Of a stretch of 27,678 bases of DNA, positions 15,210 through 23,640 are shown in pieces. The stretch comes from Myxococcota bacterium (GTDB taxonomy: Bacteria > Myxococcota > XYA12-FULL-58-9 > JALHOP01), in contig JBGGMJ010000106.1 of assembly GCA_041288095.1 (NCBI GenBank), positions 1 through 27,678 of the forward strand, written 5' to 3'. How positions within the stretch are numbered: the stretch's first letter is position 1; each line of letters starts with the position of its first letter. The translations under genes and the position numbers were made by a program. The notes beneath the pieces were generated by a model. It did not search any database. It was not told the origin of the DNA and saw only the letters and a program-made list of their open reading frames with translations.

Positions 15210-18157
15210 CCGCGCGGCGGCCTCGCGCGGATCGGCGCCGGCAGATTGCGGGTGAGAGCTCCGGTCACCGGGTCGACGTAGGCCTCCGCGCGCTCGAGGC
15301 CGGTGGCGGGATACACCTCGCCCTTGAGCGGATCGATGTTGATGTAGATGTACTGCCGCGCGTGCACGGGCGCGTCGGGGTTGATGAGGATCCGCGCCTG
15401 CACGAAGTTGTGGGCGAACAGGGCGCTGCCGTCTTCGCCGTTGCCCAGCATGTTGTTGGCGAACGGGCCACGCAGGACTTCGCGGAACTCGATGTCGGGG
15501 AACGTGTTCGCAAGCAGCGTGCCCAAGCTCGCGGTGAGCGGGCCGCAGGTGTCGTTGCTGTTGAAGCCGAGCGCCCGGAGCAGCGTCGAATTCTCCGCGA
15601 AGAACGTCTCCATGTTGTTGAACCAGGCCCAACCCGCCGAGCCATAGCCGAAGGTCACGGTGCCCGATGGGGTCGCGATTGAGTAGGCCGGGCGATTGTT
15701 GCCGCTGTCGATCTGCTGCGTCATGAACTGACCGAGCGCCGTGCGGAACACGCTCATCGCTTGCTGCTCGGTGAGGTCGCGCAGGCGGCCGTCGGGATCG
15801 TTGCGCCCGAGCCAACCGAGAACGCGATCGACGGGCGAGCCCAAGATCCCGTTAGCGTTCCCGGCGACGTTCAAGGGGCCGCTCGCGGCGAGCTCATCGG
15901 CGAGATACTGCTCCACTTCGGCAGGGGTGAGCCCGAGCGCGAGGAAGATTTGGGCGTCGTCGGCTGAGACGTTCATCTGCGCGAAGGTCTCGAGGTGGGT
16001 CGCGACCTCCGCCGGCGTGAAGGGGCTGACCTCCGCGGCGGGCGTGGTTCCGGTTGTTGGGCCGGGCAGGCGATCGAGATTGCCCGTCGGGTCGTAGGGG
16101 AAGGTGCCGTCGCGATTGGTCAGCGTGAAGGTGCCGTCGGGATTCATCGTGATGATCTCGTCACCACGCCGCATCAAGATGGTGCTGCCGTCTTGGCCCT
16201 CGATCACCATGATGTCGGTGCCGTCTTCGGTATGGATCCACGGGTCGCCGCCCGAGGGAGTCGCCGCGACACCCAGCGCCGCGACGAGATCCGCTGGGCT
16301 GAGGCGTCCGCCATTGGCGACAAGCGCCGCCCCGAGGTTACCGAGGATGCGCGCGCCGCGCTGATCACCGAACAGGTCGCGCAGCGACTGACCCAAGTCG
16401 GAGCTCGCGGTGAAGTTGGTGATGAAGCCGCCCGCCGCGCCACCCAGGGCCGAGATGAGCAGTGCGTCGCCGTTCAAGCGGCCGTCGGTGATGAGCTGAC
16501 GAACCACCGAGGCGCCGAAGTTGTTGGCGGCGCCGGCGAGAGCGCTGGTGAGAGCCGGGGTCAGCGCTCCCTGGAAGGTCTGCGTCACCCAGGCGCCAAA
16601 CTCGGCACCGACGACACCGCCGAGATAGGCAGCGACGCCGGCACGCAGCGCATCGAGGAAGGTGCCGCCATCCGCGAGGGTGATGGCGGCGCTCACCGCG
16701 GCGGCGACCACTGGCCCACCGACCACGCCGGCGACAATCGAGATGATGGCGCGACCGACAGGGCCTTCGAAGAAGCCCTGGCGACGCGCGTTGTTGGTCT
16801 CGATGGCCGCGGCGATGAATTCGCGGTTCGCGAGGATGCCGAAGCGCTCGTCGTAGCGGAACAGCATGTCGCGGACGGCTTCTTGCTGCTCTGGTGTCGT
16901 GGCGCCGCAGTCTTCGAAGATGTCCTCGAGCATCTTGCCGATGTCGTCGCCTAGCGGACCGATGTCGCCGATTTGCACCCATTCAGCAGCGAGGTGATCG
17001 TCGACGAGGGCGACGTAGGCGCGCTCGGGGCCGCCGCGCGTCGTAACGTCGGTGTCGGCATGCGAGTGGTCGAGCCAGGCATCGCCGGAGCCCGAGCCCG
17101 AGTTGTTGAAGGAGATCTGCAAATCGAGCGGCGCGTCTTCGGGGAGGCCGATGGCGCGGATGTAGTCGGCGCGTGTTCCGTAGGTCGGCCCGTAGGTGCC
17201 ACCGTCGTCGCCGCCGTTGTTGCCACCCGGCGCGAGCATGAAGCGCTCGTGCGTGTCGAGGTACTCGGCGATTTGCGCGGCGGTCTTTCCTTGCTCCGTT
17301 AAAGCGGCGATGGCTTCGTCGCGCGACAGGTACGTCGTCTCGAACGCGTATTGCGCGTTGTCGTGGAGGTGCTGCTGAAGGCTCGTGACTTCGTCGCTCG
17401 CGGCGAGGAGGTAGTGGCCGTGCGTGCTTGCTTGGCCACGCGCGGTGACGAGGGCCGAGAGCCACTCGTAGATCGAGTCTTGGCCGGTGCGTCCGCTGTC
17501 GCCGACGCCGTAGAACCAACCGCCTGGGGGCTCCGTCTGGAACGTACTGTCGAAGTGTGGATTGGCGGGGAGGAAGATTGGGGCGTCGATGGTGACTGGG
17601 GATACTCCCAGGTCGCTGAGCAACTGCGCGATGAGCGGCTCGAGCTCACTGCGCATGCGCTCGGCTTGGTCCGGCAGTCCTTGAGCGATGAGCTCGTCGA
17701 TGGACGCCATAGCGTTCAGCATGTTGTTGACGCGAAGCTCTAGCGCGTCGGGAATAGTGACGCCGTCGAGCTGCGCCAGAAGATCGCTTTGGCAGGGTCC
17801 GGGTTGGTCGCGCGTGAGTGATGGGTCGGAGCTTGGGTCTTCCTCGCCCTCGGGCAACAAGATGAGCGCGGCGTTGGCCTGCCGCGCCGCCTCGGCTTGC
17901 GCTCGTGCTTTCTCTTGTGCCGCCTCGGCTTCCGCTGCCGCGCAGGCGATCTTTACCGAGAGGTCTTCCGCGATAGCGGCTTGGTTCTCCCTGTTCTCCA
18001 GTCGCGCCTCGGCGAGGAGCCGCTGAGCGTCGAGACCCTCGGTCCCTTGATCAAGCGGCGGCAGGTACAAAGCCAACTCCCATGCAGAGGCTCCATCAAA
18101 ACTACCGACGGCGCCGGGAGGTGGCTGGACCCGTCGCTGACAGGGTGGCGGGGCCAA
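15206..18157 (-). CDS. Large modular hypothetical protein (983 aa): shared core, Gly-rich hydrophobic region and putative Cys-His-Asp enzyme domain; candidate effector
   Basis: Long ORF with clear paralogy to 18191-22441. C-terminal DTCG...AHNFV...YINIDP. The TTG start is uncertain. Confidence 0.85.
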   Translation of the reverse strand: MAPPPCQRRVQPPPGAVGSFDGASAWELALYLPPLDQGTEGLDAQRLLAEARLENRENQAAIAEDLSVKIACAAAEAEAAQEKARAQAEAARQANAALILLPEGEEDPSSDPSLTRDQPGPCQSDLLAQLDGVTIPDALELRVNNMLNAMASIDELIAQGLPDQAERMRSELEPLIAQLLSDLGVSPVTIDAPIFLPANPHFDSTFQTEPPGGWFYGVGDSGRTGQDSIYEWLSALVTARGQASTHGHYLLAASDEVTSLQQHLHDNAQYAFETTYLSRDEAIAALTEQGKTAAQIAEYLDTHERFMLAPGGNNGGDDGGTYGPTYGTRADYIRAIGLPEDAPLDLQISFNNSGSGSGDAWLDHSHADTDVTTRGGPERAYVALVDDHLAAEWVQIGDIGPLGDDIGKMLEDIFEDCGATTPEQQEAVRDMLFRYDERFGILANREFIAAAIETNNARRQGFFEGPVGRAIISIVAGVVGGPVVAAAVSAAITLADGGTFLDALRAGVAAYLGGVVGAEFGAWVTQTFQGALTPALTSALAGAANNFGASVVRQLITDGRLNGDALLISALGGAAGGFITNFTASSDLGQSLRDLFGDQRGARILGNLGAALVANGGRLSPADLVAALGVAATPSGGDPWIHTEDGTDIMVIEGQDGSTILMRRGDEIITMNPDGTFTLTNRDGTFPYDPTGNLDRLPGPTTGTTPAAEVSPFTPAEVATHLETFAQMNVSADDAQIFLALGLTPAEVEQYLADELAASGPLNVAGNANGILGSPVDRVLGWLGRNDPDGRLRDLTEQQAMSVFRTALGQFMTQQIDSGNNRPAYSIATPSGTVTFGYGSAGWAWFNNMETFFAENSTLLRALGFNSNDTCGPLTASLGTLLANTFPDIEFREVLRGPFANNMLGNGEDGSALFAHNFVQARILINPDAPVHARQYIYINIDPLKGEVYPATGLERAEAYVDPVTGALTRNLPAPIRARPPRG

Positions 18158-18190
18158 GTTGTTAACCAGACAGGCTCACGAATGACGTCG

Positions 18191-21100
18191 TTACTGACGG
18201 TTCACCGGGCCGGCGCGGTAGAGCAACCAGTAGAGAGACGCAAACGCATTGATGTGAGAGATGAAGCTCGTGCCCAGCCTCTGATTGGTGAGCGCGCGGG
18301 TACTGTCCTGCGCTTGCGACGTAGCGAGCACGCCGACCACCTGAATGCTGCCGTCGGGGAGCTTCACGAGCACCGGGCCGCCGCTCATGCCCGCGATAAC
18401 GGGCGGATTGCTGGCGCTCGCCGCCACGCCGGTGGTGACGACACCGTTGGTGCCGCCGGTCGCTCTGCCTGCCGCGCCCACGAGGTTCGTGCCGGTGTAC
18501 TGGCCGGCTACGTTGACGTTGCCCCAGGCGGCAAAGCCGAACTCGTAGACCGCGGCGCCGACGTTCGGGGGCGGACCAACCCGCGGGAGGTTCGCGAGCG
18601 AGGCACCCGGGCGCAGGGCGTTCAACGTCTCGGGTGAGAGAGTGACGAGGTAGCCGTCACTCGCCGCCGTCGAGCCCATGGCCACGCGACCGTTGTCGCC
18701 GGCGATGCCTGTCGACAGCATGGTCTGACCGTCGAACGGGATCTGCACGAGCCGACCCATGGTATCGCGCGCCGAGAGCACGGTGCTCTCGCCGGGCCTC
18801 ACGACGTGATTGGCGGTGATGAGCACGGCGCGATCGACGCCGTCGATGTTGGCGACCGCGAGCACCCCCGACGCGGAGTCACGACCCACTTGGCCGGGCT
18901 CGGACGTGTGAATCGCCACGGTGGCGAGCTGACCCGTGGCCACGACGTCGGCGGGGATGGTGCTGGCGACGAGCGACTGACCCGCCACGGCGCGGTCGGC
19001 CCAGAGACGCGCGGTATCGTGCGGTATGCCATAGCGGGCAGCATCGTTCACGTACTCCGTCGTGGTGCGCAGCTGGTCGGGATAGGAGACCGAGACGAAG
19101 ACGCCGTCTTGATAGTTGTACTGGACGGCTGGTTGTCCGGCGCTCGTGATCAAGATCTGCTGCGTGCCGGTGCGATAGTTGTTCGTCGCGTTGATGCTCA
19201 GGTTCGGGTTGGCGCGCAGCTCGTCGGCCATCGTACTGACCTGTTGCATCCTGGCGCCGGTGCCGGTTGCGACCCGGTCCAGGTTGGTTCGCACTCCCAT
19301 GAGCTCGCCGTTCATGAAGGCGTAGGTCACCTGCGTGCCTTCGCGCGTCCAGATGTCGATGATCTGAGCGCCTTGAGGTGTCTGATTGATCTCGACCGTG
19401 AGGTTCGGGTTCGAGGAGAGCGTGTTGAACGCGTTGCCCACCGCCATCATCCGGCGGGTCTTGGGGTCCGTCGGGATGACTTGAATGCCTGCCTCTTCCG
19501 CGGGTGGGACCTCGCCGCGTTGGACCTCTGGCGCGGCTCCCGGCGTGATGCCCATCGAGCGCAGCACTTCGGCTTCCTCGCTCGTGTAGCCGCGCGCTTC
19601 GTAGTCGCTGATGGCCGCGTCGGCCGGCGTCGCGCCATCGACGACCAGACTGCCTCCCGTGTCGTTTACCGAGCCGCTGCCGAGCACCAGCAGCGCGCTC
19701 TCCAAGTTGAGCTCGCCGCTGCCGGCGAGGCTGCCGGCTTGCGTGCCGATGAGGCGCGCCGTGGTGCCTGGAGCGAGGGCGAGCGAGCTGTCGACGTTCG
19801 CCACGATATCGGTGCCACTGACCGCCGTCGTCACCGCGCCGCCGACACCACCGGCAACTCCCGACATCAGCAGCGCGTCGCCGTCGATGCGGCCCGTTGC
19901 GATGAGCTGGCTCGTGAACGAGCTACTCACGCCCTGCGCAAAGCCGCTGGCCGCGGCGACCGTGGTCGCGCTCAAGCTGGAGCTCGCGAGCGACGAGGTC
20001 ACTGCGCCGCCGACACCGGCACCAGCCACGCCGCCGGCGTAGGCCGCGGCTCCCGCCGTCACGATGTCTCCGAGCGAGCCACCATCGTAGGCGGTGAAGG
20101 CCGCGCTCACGCCAGCAGCGAGCACGGGGCCGCCGACGACGGTCGCTACCACGGTCACCAGGGCGCGTCCGATGGCGCTCTGGAAGAAGCCATTGCCGCC
20201 GCGATTGTTGTTCATCTCCACCGCGGCTTTGACCAGGTCGCGGTTGGCGATGACGCCGTAGTTGGGGTCGTAGCGGAACAGCAAGCCTCGGACGATCTCT
20301 TGCTTCTCGGGCGTGTCGGCGCCGAACTGGCCGTAGACGTCGCCCAACATATTCGCGACGTCGTCGTAGATCGGACCCTTGTCGCCGATCTGAACCCATT
20401 CGCCAGCGAGCGCGTCGTTGGCGACCGCGTGGTAGGCGCGCGCAGCTGTAGCGCTGGGCTGTGTCAGATCCAACGTGCGGCGCGAGGTGTCGAGGTACGC
20501 GTCACCGCCGCGGGCGCGCGAGTTGTTGAATGAGATGGTCAGGTCGCGTGGCGTGTCCGCCGACAAGCCGATGACTCCGAAGTACGTTGCCTGGCTGCCG
20601 ATGCGCGCGGGGTAGAAGATGTCGCCGCTCTCGCCGCTGTATTGCGTGGGAGCGCCCACGACGTAAGCGCGGTCGGCGTCGGACGGGGCGCGCTGCTCGG
20701 CGGCTTCGAAGGCGGCACGCGTGCCGACCGTGCCGTCGGAGAGGAGGTAACCGCGGTTCGCCTCCGCGTATGCGGCGAGACCCGCGCCCGATAGACCCAG
20801 CTCGACCGCGGCTTGGAAGGTCGGCACGGCGACCGGTCGCGCGACTTGGACCATCGACATGCCGCCTTCGCCGTAGTTGTCGCCGGTAGCTTCGACGACG
20901 AGCTTCTCGACGAAGACCATCGCCTGCTCGTCTAGGTGCGCCTGCACGGTCGTTACCTGGTCGCTCGACGCGAGCAACACGTGCCCGCCGGTGCTCGCCT
21001 GCGCCGCGGCGATGACGTCGGCGGGGAGCCACTCGTAGACTCCGAGGTCGTGACCGGCGGCGCGGAGGTGCTGCGGTGCGGTACCGTAGACCGCGGGCGT

Positions 21101-22441
21101 GACGTAGTTGCCACTCTCGTCGGAGCCCATCACGGTTTCGGGTCGCAGGAGGTAAGCGCGGTCCGCCGCGCTCGGCGCCCGACCGTGCGCTGCTTCGAAC
21201 TCGGCACGCGTGCCGGTGGCGTGGTTGTTGATCATGTAGACGCCGTTTTGCTCGAGGTAGGCGGCGGCTTGCGCTGCGTCGAGGTTACGCTCGCGGGCCG
21301 CTTCGCCGATCGACACGGTGAACTGGCGCTCGACCTGGACCGTGGTGGCGTAGCTACTTTCGCCAACCTCCGTGTAGTGCATTTCGTCGACCGTGCGCGT
21401 GACGAGAACGAGCGCCTTGTCCTGGATGTATTGCTCGGCGGTGATCGCCTGGCCGGCGACGCTCTGTTGGCCGGTGGCGCCGGCATCGCCGATTGCCCAG
21501 AAAGGGTTGCCTTGCACCGCGACAGGAGCTGGCGGCGAGGGCGCGCTGATGTCCGCTGGAGCGGGCGCCGTTGGCGGAGCGGTCTCCGCCAGTCGAGCCG
21601 CCGTCGCCGCCTCGTCGAGCCAGGTGCCCGCGGCGAGGTGTTGTTCGGCGATGTTCGACCAGTAAGCGAGCGGTGCCGCGAGTTGCGCCGCGGTCGTCGG
21701 GTTGTAGTTGGCGGCGATCTGCGCCAGCGCGCTCGCGGTGAGCTCGGCAGCGGCTTGGTTGTCCGCCACGAAGCTGGGCGAGACGAGCCGCGCCGCGAGC
21801 GCTGCCGCGTGCTCGATCGGCGACTGTTGTGGCTCTTCAATGAGCACCGCGGCGTCCGCGCCGGTCGCGCTCGCCGCGGTCTCGCTCAGCACTTCTGCTT
21901 GCGCCATGGCGACGTCCGCTTGGGCGGCCGCGCTCATCGCAAACTGCGCGACCATCTCCGCTGACGCACCGCAATCCACCGCGAGCTCGCTCATTTCCTG
22001 CGCGACTGCCGCGGCCTCACTGGCGCCGGCGGCTGCGTCGAATGCGTACGCGTCGTACTGACCGGCGTCGGCGTTCATGGCCATCTGCGCCATCACCTGC
22101 GCCTCGCGGAAGCGCTCCATGGCGGCGTTGTACTGGGCGACCATGTCCTGCATCCGCGCGGCCGCGTTGAGGGCGCGCTCTTTGACGTCGTCGGAGCGCT
22201 CTTGCTGCGCTTCGGTGATGATGCGTTGGATGTCGAGCGCCAGGGCCGAGTCGTCGAAGTCCGGCAGGCGGCTCGGCGCGGGGGAGGCACCACCGAAGGC
22301 GCTGTATTGCCCACCGTCGTAGGTCAGCACGTCGAGCGACGCCTGCTGCTGCGGATCTGGTTGTGGCGATGACGCGTACGTGTCCGCGTCGACGGACTGG
22401 ATGCGAACCGAGGATGCGGAGTCGATGCGGGTGTCGCTCAT
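18191..22441 (-). CDS. Large modular protein (1416 aa): shared core, Gly-rich hydrophobic region and C-terminal trypsin-like serine protease; candidate effector
   Basis: ATG with GGAGA RBS. Triad motifs LITANHVV, SDGYLV and GMSGGPV near the C-terminus. Confidence 0.9.
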   Translation of the reverse strand: MSDTRIDSASSVRIQSVDADTYASSPQPDPQQQASLDVLTYDGGQYSAFGGASPAPSRLPDFDDSALALDIQRIITEAQQERSDDVKERALNAAARMQDMVAQYNAAMERFREAQVMAQMAMNADAGQYDAYAFDAAAGASEAAAVAQEMSELAVDCGASAEMVAQFAMSAAAQADVAMAQAEVLSETAASATGADAAVLIEEPQQSPIEHAAALAARLVSPSFVADNQAAAELTASALAQIAANYNPTTAAQLAAPLAYWSNIAEQHLAAGTWLDEAATAARLAETAPPTAPAPADISAPSPPAPVAVQGNPFWAIGDAGATGQQSVAGQAITAEQYIQDKALVLVTRTVDEMHYTEVGESSYATTVQVERQFTVSIGEAARERNLDAAQAAAYLEQNGVYMINNHATGTRAEFEAAHGRAPSAADRAYLLRPETVMGSDESGNYVTPAVYGTAPQHLRAAGHDLGVYEWLPADVIAAAQASTGGHVLLASSDQVTTVQAHLDEQAMVFVEKLVVEATGDNYGEGGMSMVQVARPVAVPTFQAAVELGLSGAGLAAYAEANRGYLLSDGTVGTRAAFEAAEQRAPSDADRAYVVGAPTQYSGESGDIFYPARIGSQATYFGVIGLSADTPRDLTISFNNSRARGGDAYLDTSRRTLDLTQPSATAARAYHAVANDALAGEWVQIGDKGPIYDDVANMLGDVYGQFGADTPEKQEIVRGLLFRYDPNYGVIANRDLVKAAVEMNNNRGGNGFFQSAIGRALVTVVATVVGGPVLAAGVSAAFTAYDGGSLGDIVTAGAAAYAGGVAGAGVGGAVTSSLASSSLSATTVAAASGFAQGVSSSFTSQLIATGRIDGDALLMSGVAGGVGGAVTTAVSGTDIVANVDSSLALAPGTTARLIGTQAGSLAGSGELNLESALLVLGSGSVNDTGGSLVVDGATPADAAISDYEARGYTSEEAEVLRSMGITPGAAPEVQRGEVPPAEEAGIQVIPTDPKTRRMMAVGNAFNTLSSNPNLTVEINQTPQGAQIIDIWTREGTQVTYAFMNGELMGVRTNLDRVATGTGARMQQVSTMADELRANPNLSINATNNYRTGTQQILITSAGQPAVQYNYQDGVFVSVSYPDQLRTTTEYVNDAARYGIPHDTARLWADRAVAGQSLVASTIPADVVATGQLATVAIHTSEPGQVGRDSASGVLAVANIDGVDRAVLITANHVVRPGESTVLSARDTMGRLVQIPFDGQTMLSTGIAGDNGRVAMGSTAASDGYLVTLSPETLNALRPGASLANLPRVGPPPNVGAAVYEFGFAAWGNVNVAGQYTGTNLVGAAGRATGGTNGVVTTGVAASASNPPVIAGMSGGPVLVKLPDGSIQVVGVLATSQAQDSTRALTNQRLGTSFISHINAFASLYWLLYRAGPVNRQ

Positions 22442-22537
22442 GGGTCAGGTGTCTCCGCCTGGGCGTACGCAGGTGTGTCGCACGCTGGCCGACAGCTTTC
22501 GTTGACGCTGGGCCAGGGACTAAATCGATCCACCCGG

Positions 22538-22554
22538 GGGGACGAGTCGTCCCC
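22538..22554. repeat. Perfect inverted repeat GGGGACGA-g-TCGTCCCC
   Basis: 8-bp arms with a 1-nt spacer, at the ATP-grasp stop and about 100 nt upstream of the 1416-aa gene. Confidence 0.6.
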
Positions 22555-23519
22555 TAGGGCGCGCGCTCGGAAGGCCGTGCGAAGAGGGCGTCGAGCATGT
22601 GCCGGTAGAATGACGGGTGCAGCAGCGGGTTGCAGTTGGCTTCGAGAAACCAGACCCGACCTTCTTGGTCGAGCACGGCGTCGAGCGAAAACGCAACGCC
22701 GGGTCGCAGCTCGGCGGGGATGGCGTCGAAGCATGCGCGTCCCGCGCTCTGCAGCTCGGCTTCGAGACGCGTTCCGGCGATGCTCTTGCGCACGTCGTGG
22801 TCGATGCTGATCGCGGGGTTCATCGGCGACATGTATTGATAGTCCGCGAAGGCGACCTGGCGATCCGTCAAGACGGACTCCGGGTCGAGGCCCTGGAGCT
22901 TCGCGACATTGGCGAAGTGCCGTGGCAGCGCCACGCCCGCGTCGAGGCGAGCGGCAACGAGGTCACCCAGCGTTTGTTGCCCGTCACCCTGCACCATGGG
23001 CATGGCGACGTGTTCGGCGACCACGAGCTCGGCATCCCAGTACCAGGCCTTCACCAAGCTCCCGAAGATGAAGCGCTCGCAGAATTCGCCGGGCGCGAGC
23101 TGCACCGGGGTGCCCGCGGCGAACGGGCCGCGCTGACCTTGGCCGAGGGACGACCTACTGGTCTTGACGATGAAGGGAGCGGCGAGCGGTGTGTCGGCCC
23201 ATGAGTCCGGAGTTGGGATGTTGTGGGTGCGGGCGAAGGCCTTGAAGGCGGCTTTGTCTTGGGCGATCGGCCAGCCTTTGGCGGGGTAGGGCAGCCAGCT
23301 TACGAAGCCGATGACGCTGGGCTTGAGATCGCGGGCAAAGCTGACGGTGCCATCGGGCTTCAACTCGAAGAACTGGGGAGTGAATCTGTGGGTGGTGCCG
23401 TCGCAGGTGATCTCGAGGTGCAGGGTGACCGGATTGATGCCGCCACCGGCGCGGTGGGTGGTCATCCACTGAGCCACGGCTTCCACGTGGCGGAGGAAGT
23501 TGCGCTTGAAGGCCTCCAT
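22554..23519 (-). CDS. ATP-grasp fold ligase (321 aa)
   Basis: Motifs QDKAAFK...IPTP, PFIVK...SLGQG, CERFIFG, VQGDGQQTL and FSLDAV...WFLEANCNP. Start trimmed to ATG 23519 (MEAFKRN) because the longer ORF overlaps the kinase gene. Confidence 0.8.
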   Translation of the reverse strand: MEAFKRNFLRHVEAVAQWMTTHRAGGGINPVTLHLEITCDGTTHRFTPQFFELKPDGTVSFARDLKPSVIGFVSWLPYPAKGWPIAQDKAAFKAFARTHNIPTPDSWADTPLAAPFIVKTSRSSLGQGQRGPFAAGTPVQLAPGEFCERFIFGSLVKAWYWDAELVVAEHVAMPMVQGDGQQTLGDLVAARLDAGVALPRHFANVAKLQGLDPESVLTDRQVAFADYQYMSPMNPAISIDHDVRKSIAGTRLEAELQSAGRACFDAIPAELRPGVAFSLDAVLDQEGRVWFLEANCNPLLHPSFYRHMLDALFARPSERAP

Positions 23520-23640
23520 GGGTGCATAGCGTACACCAGATCGTCGTACGACGCGGGAAGGGCGGCGCGTCGTAGCGAATCGAGTAGACTCTGATTCGTT
23601 AACGAGGCTCGAAGGCGAAGCTAGTGGTTGGGGGACAACG

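Noticed and set aside
14346..21964. Arg-rich alternate-frame and antisense ORFs over the Cys-rich and large genes (e.g. 14346-15815, 18806-20533), considered as hidden immunity genes
   Set aside because: Their composition is typical of off-frame translation of GC-rich coding DNA, and they fully overlap better-supported genes.
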